From Balanoglossus misakiensis (taxonomy: Eukaryota > Animalia > Hemichordata): a stretch of DNA of 64,000 nucleotides. Position 1 is the stretch's first letter, and each line of letters begins with the position of its first letter. A model generated the notes under the pieces. That model saw nothing but the letters and a program-made list of their open reading frames with translations, was not told where the DNA came from and ran no database searches. Made by a program: the position numbers and the translations under genes. Below, piece after piece: positions 36,828 to 49,300 of this stretch. The stretch is from contig CM082596.2 of NCBI GenBank assembly GCA_040954595.2, forward strand, positions 10,966,454 through 11,030,453. The letters run 5' to 3'.

Positions 36828-39794
36828 TTACAAATACAGTTTATCCGTATGAGGTATGACACACATTACTTGTTCTCTATTTATTGTGTCAAAACCTGCA
36901 ATAAATTTACCATGAATTTGTTGCACTGGTATGAATGATGCTGGACCAGACATTTCATAAGCATCCTTACACCAAACCTCCACTGGTTCACCATAGTGGT
37001 TTATATTGTGGTGTTGCTGAAACCACCGAACCTTTGCTGACACAAACAATTCTTGTTTACCATTAATAGTTAAATACTGAGAAAAATAGTATTCAACAAT
37101 GCCTGGTCTAAGCAAGCCATTATTACAATCAATTTTGCCTCCAAGTGTACACCAACGAGCTAGGATAAGAGAATATCTCCTGTATCGAGAGTCTTCAGAG
37201 CCCAAAACATCTTGAGCGAATTTAACAGCTGCAGATTTCTTTATATATCCAGTTACAGTATGGAGAACAGATTCTTCAAGAAATATTTTGTACATCTCTT
37301 TTAGGTTGGCCATCCAGGATGAATCTAGGAGGTCCATAGAAATGGGCCCCACCATGTGAAATAAATGCACTGTTTGTAGGGCAACAGACAAATTGAAATC
37401 AGCAAGTCCCAATCGCAATCTGCCTAACAACACAGCTGATTTGTCCTCACCACATCTTTGTGCTTCTTGCCTGTTAAGAGGGAAAAACGCATTAAAATCC
37501 TGATAGTCTTTTGGTTTTGGCATGTTATGCAGTAACTGTTCATTTAGAAATTTCCGCATTATTTGTATTTCAATTGACCTGTGATTAGCACAGTATTCAG
37601 ATAGTATGCCATTGTATCTTTCATATGGGAAGGTCCAGAAAGAATACACTGGTCCATAATCTAGAATACAGTCAACCAGATGGGTGTGGTAATGCATATT
37701 TGGTGTCACCTTTTCTGCTCCATAAATCTTCTCAAACTGACGACAAAATTGCATTAGGTAAGAATGACCTTTAGCAATATTACTCAAAGTTATAACTGGA
37801 GAGCAAAGAAAATGGCAGGCTAACACAAAAAGGCGCCACATTTCCATATCTTTCCTTGGTAAAATTCCTTTCAAAGCAAAAACCGAGAAAAGAGTGATCC
37901 AATGCTTCCACTGGTCAGCAGTGAAACCACCAAAACTTGTTGCAATTTTCAAAGGCATTCTTCCCATGTTTGATGGAACTTTGGTAATATCAATCTTTTG
38001 CTGTATAGTTTCAAGTTGACCTTTAGAAATTTTGGGTTTGTTTTTGTCTAGCCACACATTCTTCATAATGTGTTTACCAGTTCCCAAGAATAAATTGTGC
38101 AGTGGGTCAATAACATGAAACCTAACACAGTCAAAATAGACCAGCTTCATTAGAGATGTGTATCGTACACCATATTTTGACACTAATGCATCCCGATCTG
38201 CTTTTGACATTTGCCCATCAGTCTCTTCAGCTTGTTTTCGATGTTGTGCATTGTGCCTGCTATTTGATGGCTCAAAACCACCGAAGTTAATCTTGTCAGC
38301 AAAGTTCCCAACGATAAATTCTTTTTCACATTTGGAGCAACCTTTCTTAGCCATATGCCCAACAAAACCACACAGCTTTCTTGTTGCTGGTACATCAGAA
38401 ACAACATTAATCAGTGCAGCATGGAATGTACAAATGACATGTTTGCCAAATTCAATGATTGGGCATTTTAAACCTTCCTCCCATAATAATTTCATTTCTT
38501 CTACAAAAGGGTTAAGAAATGAATTAATATTCAATGAAGGCTCTCTTGGACCAGGTAACAACCCAACAAGAATTACATTTTCCTTTTTGTACCGCTCAGC
38601 ACGTGGTAAGTTGAGAATGACCAAGTAAAGTGCTCCAACACTGTATGGAAGGTGTTTGAATGGGCAGAACCAATCTAAATTTAGTTGCAATGCGTAATTT
38701 TTAGAAGAACTTAAGAATGGCCTGCCACTTACATTCTGAAACTCTTTCCAAATTCTTCCATCATAAATGTCAGACAGGACACCAGGGGATTGTTTTCTGT
38801 CACGCCAAAGTTCACATTTTGGAACAAAATCATGTCGTTTCACAAGATCTGACAAGGATTGTAAAACAGATTTGTAACAATAAACTTTAAATGGATACAA
38901 ACGTTTCTTATTTCCCTGGAGTTCTACTTCTTTCAGTAAAGGTGTCCCACATGGTTGTCTATGCTTTTTCTGCCGATGTGCAGGAAACTCTATAAATTTG
39001 CATTTGATTGGAATGTTTTGACCACCCACCCGCTTGTAGCAATCCTCAAACTTGTAAAGTGAACTGCACTTTTGACAAATAACATACTTGATGAATCTGT
39101 CTTCATTTAAGCCAATGATTTGTTTCAGTTTGTACAAACTAACAGGCAAGAGGGCAGAGAATGCAGCAACACATGGGGACATTTGTCCTAACACAAGGAA
39201 CAGTGTCCTAAAAAATCCAAGTATCAACATCATACAAGTTTCAGTAACACTGTGAAAATACCACAGGTAAGACAAAAAAAGACAAAACCAATTGGCTAAA
39301 GTCAACAAACGTGGGTCAGTTGACTCTTCTACAAGTACAGGCACAAACAGATTTGATGAGTCCAATCCTTCTTTGAAATCCCTATTGAGTTCATTCTCAT
39401 CCACAGTGTCCCAAATCTCAAAATTACAATGATCATTCATAAAGTCCTTCTCTTCTTGCTCACTAGGTTGATCAAAGTACATACGATCTTCTTCGTCCAA
39501 AGTTTCTATAAAATGTTCAAAGTTCTTGTGTGGTTCTCCATTGCTTGTATTCTCTTTGAAGTGGATATTAGGGCAGTCATCAAGACAGCTGCTGTGGCCA
39601 GCCTCAAGTTCAGTGTCATCAGTGTCTATCCATGTGTTATTACTGAACAACAATCTATCTTCTTCTCGTTCAATGTCATCAACTGTAGTCCAGGTGTTTG
39701 AAACTTCATTGAAGTATTGTTTGCGATGCCGCTTGTAAACTTTCGTTATCACCTCCTCATTACAGTGGGGGCAGTATTTTCTTTTTGAAGCCAT
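36828..39794 (-). CDS. CACTA/EnSpm DDE transposase (TnpD/Tnp2-like), 988 aa, uninterrupted
   Basis: Motifs DIYDG, LNLDWFCPF, LNLPRAERY, GPREP, SDVPATRKLCGF-GH-(C..C), IDPLHNLFLG, TADQWK, TPNMH...HL, YGP and FPYERYNG. N-terminal CPHC..H and internal CQKC..CGTPL Zn-binding motifs. Confidence 0.93.
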   Translation of the reverse strand: MASKRKYCPHCNEEVITKVYKRHRKQYFNEVSNTWTTVDDIEREEDRLLFSNNTWIDTDDTELEAGHSSCLDDCPNIHFKENTSNGEPHKNFEHFIETLDEEDRMYFDQPSEQEEKDFMNDHCNFEIWDTVDENELNRDFKEGLDSSNLFVPVLVEESTDPRLLTLANWFCLFLSYLWYFHSVTETCMMLILGFFRTLFLVLGQMSPCVAAFSALLPVSLYKLKQIIGLNEDRFIKYVICQKCSSLYKFEDCYKRVGGQNIPIKCKFIEFPAHRQKKHRQPCGTPLLKEVELQGNKKRLYPFKVYCYKSVLQSLSDLVKRHDFVPKCELWRDRKQSPGVLSDIYDGRIWKEFQNVSGRPFLSSSKNYALQLNLDWFCPFKHLPYSVGALYLVILNLPRAERYKKENVILVGLLPGPREPSLNINSFLNPFVEEMKLLWEEGLKCPIIEFGKHVICTFHAALINVVSDVPATRKLCGFVGHMAKKGCSKCEKEFIVGNFADKINFGGFEPSNSRHNAQHRKQAEETDGQMSKADRDALVSKYGVRYTSLMKLVYFDCVRFHVIDPLHNLFLGTGKHIMKNVWLDKNKPKISKGQLETIQQKIDITKVPSNMGRMPLKIATSFGGFTADQWKHWITLFSVFALKGILPRKDMEMWRLFVLACHFLCSPVITLSNIAKGHSYLMQFCRQFEKIYGAEKVTPNMHYHTHLVDCILDYGPVYSFWTFPYERYNGILSEYCANHRSIEIQIMRKFLNEQLLHNMPKPKDYQDFNAFFPLNRQEAQRCGEDKSAVLLGRLRLGLADFNLSVALQTVHLFHMVGPISMDLLDSSWMANLKEMYKIFLEESVLHTVTGYIKKSAAVKFAQDVLGSEDSRYRRYSLILARWCTLGGKIDCNNGLLRPGIVEYYFSQYLTINGKQELFVSAKVRWFQQHHNINHYGEPVEVWCKDAYEMSGPASFIPVQQIHGKFIAGFDTINREQVMCVIPHTDKLYL

Positions 39795-41486
39795 TTGTTC
39801 CCTTAGAAGAGAAAGGAGACATAAGTTAATAAGTAATTTTTATCAACAGACGACATCAAATTGGCCATCTTCATGATATCAACACGGTGCTACTTTTCCA
39901 TACTTCTTTTGGAATGAGTCTTATCCGTTTGCAATTTGTCCATTCATAGTGACTGTAGTGGTATCAGATAACCTGTCCACAATGTTTTCAACTATTCAAA
40001 GAAGCCCTGAGATAGTTTCAATGTGAATGTGCTTCAACAGAGCAGCCACCTGTTTAAAGTGAGAAGCAGCCACCCCTTTGTCACCTCTGTGGTCACTTAA
40101 AATAATATACACTGTTATGCCAAGGAAACTGAATGTGGATATTTTTTAAAACTTTGTGCAAAGGTAACTGGCCACTAAACAGGTGCTCTGTGAAAATGAA
40201 TGTTGAAGGTAGCATATCTGCCAATGAACCACCTATCAATAATAACACTAAAACACTTTTGGTAACATGGCCTAAAACTAATGGCTTCTCACAGAAATTT
40301 TAACGATGTCAACTGTGTTAGTTTTCTATAATTTCAGATATTCACATCCAAGGGAACTGTGTATGTGAAATCACAAGTCCACTGTGAGCTCCAAACATGA
40401 TGTAAACAACAAGGGTCTTTTACATGCCCATTCCCACAACACCTAAATCACTGGCACTAGCAAGTGGGCATGTACAGCAAAGCCAGCCCAGTCGACTTTT
40501 TCTTTTTGAAGTTTATCTGTCAGCTTATCTTAATTTGGACATGAAGCTGTTCACATATACCTGTATAAACCTACACATTACTGGAGAAGGCTTATTTACA
40601 AGTGTTTACCAATGGTCTGTGATTGTTGACATACTCATAGTTGGCTTTGTTTGTTGGGCAGATTATGTAAATAGTACACTATAGTCAAGGTCCAGTAGAC
40701 ATGTGTGCAAATGTCCACTACCTTGTTTGAAGTGGGAATTGTCAGATTTCTTGTGTGTTCGGAAAAACTGCAAATTTTTCTGTCTTACAATTTTTCGAAC
40801 TGACACAGTAGACAGTGTTTGAAAATGCTCCTATGAAAGAGATTTTGAATAGAAATCAAGACGGTGACACAGACACTATACCTTGTATACATTAGAATTA
40901 AATTCTCTGTGACATTTACATGATTCACTGATACATCAATTAACAGTTACTACATGTACTACCAATATTTATATGTCTTACAATTTAAAAACAGCAATAT
41001 ATGTTTTCCATTGATTGATTCACATCAACTTGAGTAGATCAGTGTTCTCTCCAGAGGGTTTTAGTGTATCAGGGCCGATATCCTATAATATTTCCTGATA
41101 TGCTATCAATCAGGCCAATATGCTATCCAATATCCTATTGTAAATGGCATTGCCTATTCACACGGTCTAGTGATTCAAATTTTAAAGAAAAGATTCAGCT
41201 GTGAAATACATCTGGAATAACCTGGCAGACTTCCTGTCACACACATCACCAACTCAGGTGTTTTATTGTGAAATGTTAATAAGCTTGTCAAAAACAATTA
41301 ACAAAAGGCTAACAATCACTCCTTTGTCATTAACAGAGCAATGAATGTTTAAAGGTCTTAAAATTTCCTTGGCCATTTGTGTTTTAAACTGTAAATAAAC
41401 GTTATGACCTGTAGATGTATGATAACTAACAATTATTTATGAATGTACAGACCTCAAAAAGATAAAGAAACTATTCTGCAACTTAC

Positions 41487-41541
41487 CTTAAGGTGACAGG
41501 GAGCATGCAAGCAAAACAGTAGACAGCCTGGCAGAATGAAC
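41487..41541 (-). other. Predicted non-coding 5' exon of the transposase transcript
   Basis: The minus strand reads TTCTTTTTCTTATGTAG|GTTCATT...CACCTTAAG|GTAAGT, with consensus acceptor and donor. Confidence 0.55.
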
Positions 41542-42282
41542 CTACATAAGAAAAAGAATTCAGTTAAGTTAACAGGATGAAATCATTTCAGTGAGGATTG
41601 TGACAATCTCTCTGAATTGACAGTTTCTCACTGGACTGAATTGTGTTAGTGGAAATTGATCTGTGTATCGAGGTGCAGTAAAACATGGCGCAGAGGTAGC
41701 AACGAGTGAACAACGCTTCCCAATGACCTCTTCTAGCCTCAAAATGTTGATTCGGTCAATTCAGCTTTAATAAGAACCGCACGATAGTCTATCCCGGTCC
41801 CGAAATACCGGTAGACCTACTGTGTTATTTAGTCAAAAACTAGACCTCGGATAAATGATCAATACCTCACAATAAGCTTGGGTGGCCAGATTCACAGAAA
41901 AACGTTCCCAAGAACCCAAACAGAAACGCGATTTCAAAGGCAACGAAGATGATCGTTTAACGTTAACATTTTAAACGTTGTTTATTCATGCTATGGCAGC
42001 AAGCAGCATGCCTGGTTTGCGCCACAAAACTTTGCTTTACACTAGTAACACGTAAAGGTACATGGAATTGACACTACCGATTTTAATTAGGCTACAAGTA
42101 GTTCCGTAACTCGAGGTTTTTCCCGGTGTTGGCCCAGCTACAGCGACAGTACGCTACAGCTGGTTTAAACATGGTCCCGGGACCGACTGTAGTTTGATTT
42201 GAATGATGATGATTGTTGATTTGATGACTCATATGACGCATGCTATAGTGTTTCCCACTTATAAACGGTTTTAAAAACTTAC

Positions 42283-42731
42283 CTTAAAGAACACACAGCG
42301 AGTTTCTTCTTTGCGCAGATGTCAGAACGAGATCAGCCAAAAGCACAGACAGAAGAAATACTTCGTGTAACATTACCGGAAGTACACCATCTTGTCATCC
42401 TTGGTCGCAAAATACCGGAATGCTTATTTTTACATTAATATTTACATCGTATATTTAAAAAAAAAACAATTAAAATATAGTAAATGCTTATAAAACATTT
42501 TTTTTTGTATATAAAGTTAAATCCTATTTGTGTTCGTTAAAATGATATATTAAACGTACATTGTGAAAGGAATTGTGGATGGTGTTGAACGAGGATATTA
42601 CCCATAAGTCATCAGTCTGTTGCTATATAAACAGCTCCAAGGCAGCGGTGGATTTAAATCCGCCGTGTGCTGCCAGCTGATTATACTGTTACTCCGAATA
42701 CTCTTTGATTTTCGATCCTGCTTCTAAAATC
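42283..42731. promoter_or_regulatory. Putative bidirectional promoter region between transposase and accessory gene
   Basis: Minus-strand donor AAG|GTAAGT at 42283, CCGGAAGT (ETS-like) at 42376, an AT-rich centre and TATATAAA at 42624-42631 upstream of ATG 42732. Confidence 0.5.
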
Positions 42732-44799
42732 ATGTCATCGTCACAGCATACAGTCACCCCAACGATTTCTACACAGTACGACACACCAGATTCTTTCAAT
42801 TTGTTACGTCCGCGCCGAGAATTACATATGTTCGATGACCTCAACTCCAGTTCAGACCGTGATGCTGAGGGACAAGTCACTATCAGTAAAGAAGAGTTTC
42901 AGCGTTTGCTGAAAAATCAAGAAGAAATGCTGAAAAAGCAACATCTTCTGGAAGAAAAACTCGCCCTGGAGTGTAGGACAAGAAGGAAGATCAGACCGTC
43001 ACGAAAAGTCAAGGTATGTACATAATGAAACCTCGAACTACTGTGAACTGTAGCTATGTGTAAACACCGGGAACACACTGACCGGTACAGGCTCGGAAGT
43101 TTGCCCTTTGCAGCCGTAAAAATACAATTTTCCGGTTCATTTTGCTGTCTCCGTACATTTAACAAGATGAAATAGTCACTTGTGTACAATATTCATTGTG
43201 ACCAATAGTAGCCCATTGACCTTGGTTGACCTTAAACATTGTATACTTTATGATATAGTAATCGATAAAACTTTTTTTTCCAGGCTGTTGTTCACACTTT
43301 ATACAAAGGTCTCGTTGAAGCTGGAAAGAAGTGGGACACAACAAAAGCGTAAGTGTCCAAACAATTTTTACTTGTGACCAGAAAGAGTTGCAATTATAGA
43401 GCGGAAAAAGGTGTACTTTTTAAGATGGTGATAAATATATGTCCTCATTTGGAGCTCACAGTGGTATCAACCATCTCATGTACAGGCTACAGCTTTGTTG
43501 GTTAAGAATTTTGTGAAGTTTTTAGGAAGCAAAGTCACAGGAGCAGGATTGTAGTTTGCTTGACCAATGTGAATTACTGATTCTGCAATACTACTGCTTG
43601 CTATGCTGACCTTTAGTATGCAAATTTTGACAACCCCTGGGAATGTTTATGTTGAGTAAACTTCTTTGGTGACCTTTATTATGCAAATTGTGCACCCCAG
43701 GGTGTATACTCCAGTGAGTATTGTAAAGCTCAGAAGCAAATATGACTGTTTGTAAGATTCATATGCATAGGCATTATTGTATTGCAATGTATGTCATTTA
43801 TTCAACTTATGGAATAATGAGTTCTTTTCTTCTTTGACAGCTTTGGACATCAGGTCAACATCCACATAAATAGTGAAATGAAGAATGGTTTGAAGAACCA
43901 GTTGACTGAAGATGATGCAGTTCTCCAAGGTTAGTTATGTGTGTATATACTCACAGATGATTCAATCAAAGACAAAGATTTAATGCAATCTTTAGTTGTT
44001 CTCTTCTTTGTTGATGATCAAAACAACACATATCTGTTGTGATTATTAAAAGAGTTCAGACAACACCTTTGAAAGTGTATAGTCAATGATACTTTCAGCA
44101 CATCTTTCTTTAGTGATTCCATTGCAATAGTAACCTCTTTTATATTCTCAAATTTTTACAGTTGCCATGAAAACATACTTCATGACAAAGAGGAAAGAAA
44201 CCAAGAGATTGTCTACTGGAAAAATGGCTGCATTTAAGAAGAAGCAAGCCCGGAGGCAGAGAAAGCAGCAGGTATACATTAATTCAAATTGTACTCCGAA
44301 TTAATTCAAATTGTACTCCGAATTTACCTGGGGCACCCTTTTAAATATGTTGATAGGGTTGAAGTATAATGAAAGAACCATGTTGTTCCTGATGATGTTG
44401 TGTTGTACACTGTTTTTCATTTTTATATTTCAGAAATTGACAAGAAGAAAAGAAAATTTAGAAAAGTGCACGTCAATGGGCGATACAGAGAAAAAACTGG
44501 TGCAAGTTCTATTAACCAACACAGACTACATATCCAGTGAGGACACTGACTCGTGTTGGTCAGCCGATTCAGAAGATGACGACGTCTGTGATGTGGCTCA
44601 GAACAGAAAGGCAAAGAAACTACGAAGGAGGCCATTGACCTGGCGCTCGAACAGGGTACAAACTATTTTTGATATGCTGGACAAGCGCCACGAGAAAAGA
44701 CTACAGAAGATGGGTGGGGGGTTTGTTCATACCAGACAAGATGGTGCTCCATCTTTCCGGGGTGCCCCAGATGATGCACCAAGTTGGGCTGCTTTGTAA
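42732..44799 (+). CDS. Predicted 5-exon accessory gene (303 aa), C14orf93/DUF4616-like; exons 42732-43013, 43284-43348, 43841-43929, 44162-44271, 44434-44799
   Basis: All four introns are GT..AG with pyrimidine tracts and compatible phases (0, 2, 1, 0), giving a 912-nt open CDS. AATAAA lies at 44936. The protein has a coiled coil, YFMTKRKE, RRQRKQQKLTRR, ISSEDTD, RPLTWRS and GAPSFRGAP..APSWA. Confidence 0.8.
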
Positions 44800-45054
44800 A
44801 TCATAAATTTTGAATTTTCTTTAACTTATTATATGTATACAACTAATTTTAATCCTTTTAACTATTTAATTCCCTTTCAGTAAATTTTTACGCATGTTTT
44901 TCTTTACATTTTACTCTACATTTTTTTCCATTTGCAATAAATATAATGAAACAGAATGATTTATCTGACTGTCTTTGCATAACTTTTGGAGTGGTGTGAT
45001 TACGAGTGTCAGCTATGTGCCTTTGTCTGTCTGATGAAAGTCTCTGAAAAATTT

Positions 45055-45996
45055 ACACATGTCACCACCAATTGCCAAGGCGATATTTGAGGGTACTATG
45101 GCCACCTGCACACACCTGTGACCCCCTGTGTTTATGTAATGAAAGCCACTGCTGTAGAGGGTAGACAAATGTATACATGTCACCACCAATTGCCAAGGCG
45201 ATATTTGAGGGTACTATGGCTACCTGCACACACCTGTGACCCCCTGTGTTTATGTAATGAAAGCCACTGCTGTAGAGGGTAGACAAATGTATACATATCA
45301 CCACCAATTGCCAAGGCGATATTTGAGGGTACTATGGCCACCTGCACACACCTGTGACCCCCTGTGTTTATGTAATGAAAGCCACTGCTGTAGAGGGTAG
45401 ACAAATGTATACATGTCACCACCAATTGCCAAGGCGATATTTGAGGGTACTATGGCCACCTGCACACACCTGTGACCCCCTGTGTTTATGTAATGAAAGC
45501 CACTGCTGTAGAGGGTAGACAAATGTATACATGTCACCACCAATTGCCAAGGCGATATTTGAGGGTACTATGGCCACCTGCACACACCTGTGACCCCCTG
45601 TGTTTATGTAATGAAAGCCACTGCTGTAGAGGGTAGACAAATGTATACATATCACCACCAATTGCCAAGGCGATATTTGAGAGTACTATGGCCACCTGCA
45701 CACACCTGTGACCCCCTGTGTTTATGTAATGAAAGCTACTGCTGTAGAGGGTAGACAAATGTATACATGTCACCACCAATTGCCAAGGCGATATTTGAGG
45801 GTACTATGGCCACCTGCACACACCTGTGACCCCCTGTGTTTATGTAATGAAAGCCACTGCTGTAGAGGGTAGAAAAATGTACACATGTCACCACCAATTG
45901 CCAAGGCGATATTTGTGGGTACAATGGCCACCTGCACACACCTGTGACCCCCTGTGTTTATGTAATGAAAGCCACTGCTGTAGAGGGTAGACAAAT
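45055..45996. repeat. 118-bp subterminal minisatellite (~8 copies)
   Basis: TCACCACCAATTGCCAAGGCGATATTTGAGGG...GGGTAGACAAATGTATACATG recurs every 118 bp. The ORF track repeats at the same period. Confidence 0.97.
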
Positions 45997-46341
45997 TTAT
46001 AACTTTCCTCTACATTTGTTCATACAGTATTTATGGGTTGTAGAGCCACCTTTCCCCTATATTTTACCTCTAGTATAATAGTTGGTTTGGTCTGATTTGC
46101 CTAGTACATACAGCACCTGAAGTATATGCCTATACAACTGGTAGACAAAGCAGGGATACAGTGCAGCAAATGATTATATTTTCAAAAGTTTTACACATCT
46201 ATCAAAGTAAGGAATTTGCCTTATACACCATGTATGGCAAAGGTCTCTGTAAAGTTGCAAATGTGAACAAAGTTGTAGGAGGTATCACGTGGTTAAACAT
46301 GGAACTTTAGCGCAATTTACCAGGTACTTTGCCTACCCATG

Positions 46342-46364
46342 CAAATCCAATTTTTGGTACAGTG
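46342..46364 (-). repeat. CACTA right TIR
   Basis: CAAATCCAATTTTTGGTACAGTG followed by TSD ATT. Confidence 0.95.
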
Positions 46365-49300
46365 ATTTAAGTGGAACAGTCACAGAATGGAAACAAATAT
46401 GGAAAGAGTTATGCTGAAATGTTGTAAGGGATAGATTAATATTGCATACAATTTAATTTCTTACATCATAAATGGAATTCAAATAATGGTCACATAACAG
46501 GATATGTTTTACTAAAAATACTTATGTATAGGTTCAATAATTTGTGTTGAAATACCAAATTCTCTACAAGATTTAAGTGGAACAGTCACAGAATGAAAAC
46601 AAATATGGAAAGAGTTATGCCGGAATGTTGTAAGGTATAGATTAATATTGCAAATAATTTAATTTCTTATATCATAAATGGAATTCAAAGAATGGTCACA
46701 TAACGGGCCATGTTTTAGTAAAAAGACTTATGTATAGTTTCAAGGCTTTGTTTTGGAATAACGAATTCTCTCCAAGATTTAAGTTGAACAGTTACAGAAT
46801 GAAAACAAATATTCAAATAGTTACGCCAGAATGTTGTAAGGGATAGTTTAATATTGCAAATAATTTAATTTCTTACATCGTAAATGGAATTCAAAGAATG
46901 GTCACATAACGGGCCATGTTTTTCAAAAAGACTTAATATGTATAGTTTCAAGGCTTTGTTTTGGAATAACGAATTCTCTACAGGATTTAAGTGGAACAGT
47001 CACAGAATGAAAACAAATATGGAAAGAGTTATGCTGGAATGTTGTAAGGGATAGATTAATATTGCAAATAATTTAATTTCTTACATCATAAAATGAATTC
47101 AAAGAATGGTCACATAACAGGATATGTTTTACTAAAAAGACTTATGTATAGTTACAAGGCTTTGTTTTGGAATAACGAATTCTCTACAAGATTTAAGTGG
47201 AACAGTCACAGAATGAAAACAAATATGGAAAGAGTTATGCTGGAATGTTATAAGGGATAGATTAATATTGCAAATAATTTAATTTCTTACATCATAAAAT
47301 AAATTCAAAGAATGGTCACATAACAGGATATGTTTTACTAAAAAGACTTATGTTATAGTTTCAAGGCTTTGTTTTGGAATAACGAATTCTCTACAAGATT
47401 TAAGTGGAACAGTCAAAGAATGAAAACAAATATGGAAAGAGTTATGCCGGAATGTTGTAAGGAATAGATTAATATTGCAAATAATTTAATTTCTTACATC
47501 ATAAATGGAATTCAAAGAAACGTCACGTAACAGGATATGTATCGTTTCAAGGCTTTGTTTTGGAATAACGAATTCTCTACAAGATTTAAGTGGAACAGTC
47601 ACAGAATGAAAACAAATATGGAAAGAGTTATGCTGGAATGTTATAAGGGATAGATTAATATTGCAAATAATTTAATTTCTTACATCATAAAATGAATTCA
47701 AAGAATGGTCACATAACAGGATATGTTTTACTAAAAAGACTTATGTTATAGATTCAAGGCTTTGTTTTGGAATAACGAATTCTCTACAAGATTTAAGTGG
47801 AACAGTCACAGAATGAAAACAAATATGGAAAGAGTTATGCCGGAATGTTGTAAGGGATAGATTAATATTGCAAAAAAATTAATTTCTTACATCATAAATG
47901 GAATTCAAAGAAACGTCACGTAACAGGATATGTATCGTTTCAAGGCTTTGTTTTGGAATAACGAATTCTCTACAAGATTTAAGTGGAACAGTCACAGAAT
48001 GAAAACAAATATGGAAAGAGTTATGCTGGAATGTTATAAGGGATAGATTAATATTGCAAATAATTTAATTTCTTACATCATAAAATGAATTCAAAGAATG
48101 GTCACATAACAGGATATGTTTTACTAAAAAGACTTATGTTATAGATTCAAGGCTTTGTTTTGGAATAACGAATTCTCTACAAGATTTAAGTGGAACAGTC
48201 ACAGAATGAAAACAAATATGGAAAGAGTTATGCCGGAATGTTGTAAGGGATAGATTAATATTGCAAAAAAATTAATTTCTTACATCATAAATGGAATTCA
48301 AAGAAACGTCACGTAACAGGATATGTATCGTTTCAAGGCTTTGTTTTGGAATAACGAATTCTCTACAAGATTTAAGTGGAACAGGCACAGAATGAAAACA
48401 AATATGGAAAGAGTTATGCTGGAATGTTATAAGGGATAGATTAATATTGCAAATAATTTAATTTCTTACATCATAAAATGAATTCAAAGAATGGTCACAT
48501 AACAGGATATGTTTTACTAAAAAGACTTATGTTATAGATTCAAGGCTTTGTTTTGGAATAACGAATTCTCTACAAGATTTAAGTGGAACAGTCACAGAAT
48601 GAAAACAAATATGGAAAGAGTTATGCTGGAATGTTGTAAGGGATAGATTAATATTGCAAAAAATTTAATTTCTTACATCATAAATGGAATTCAAAGACAG
48701 GTCACGTAACAGGATATGTATAGTTTCAAGCCTTTGTTTTGGAGTAACGAATTCTCTACAAGATTTAAGTGGAACAGTCACAGAATGAAAACAAATATGG
48801 AAAGAGTTATGCTGAAATGTTGTAAGGGATAGATTAATATTGCATACAATTTAATTTCTTACATCATAAATGGAATTCAAATAATGGTCACATAACAGGA
48901 TATGTTTTACTAAAAAGACTTATGTATAGGTTCAAGAATTTGTGTTGAAATACCAAATTCTCTACAACATTTAAGTGGAACAGTCACAGAATGAAAACAA
49001 ATATAGAAAGAGTTATGCCTGAATGTTGTAAGGGATAGATTAATATTGCAAATAATTTAATTTCTTATATCATCAATGGAATTCAAAGAATTGTCACATA
49101 ACGGGCCATGTTTTAGTAAAAAGACGTATGTATAGTTTCAAGGCTTTGTTTTGGAATAACGAATTCTCTCCAAGATTTAAGTTGAACAGTTACAGAATGA
49201 AAACAAATATTCAAATAGTTATGTTGGAATGTTGTAAGGGATAGATTAATATTGCAAATAATTTAATTTCTTACATCATAAAATAAATTCAAAGAATGGT

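Larger units (their letters stand above)
33512..46364. mobile_element. CACTA/EnSpm (CMC) DNA transposon, full length 12,853 bp
   Basis: Starts CACTGTACCAAATATTGGATTTG and ends CAAATCCAATTTTTGGTACAGTG (23-bp TIR, 1 mismatch). A 3-bp TSD ATT lies at 33509-33511 and 46365-46367. Contains an EnSpm-type transposase and subterminal repeats. Confidence 0.95.

Noticed and set aside
38158-40684. Small ORFs overlapping or near the transposase
   Set aside because: They are antisense shadows or lie in a predicted intron, with no motifs.
41040-41140. CAGTGTTCTCTCCAG hAT-like terminus followed by short GCCRATATSCTAT repeats
   Set aside because: No partner TIR or 8-bp TSD is visible.
44281-44324. 22-bp tandem duplication and the ORF-track start at 44311
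   Set aside because: It lies in predicted intron 4. The hydrophobic N-terminus of the 162-aa ORF is translated intron, and the duplication looks like neutral slippage.
45062-45994. Series of near-identical 81-aa ORFs
   Set aside because: An artefact of the 118-bp repeat cycling through reading frames.
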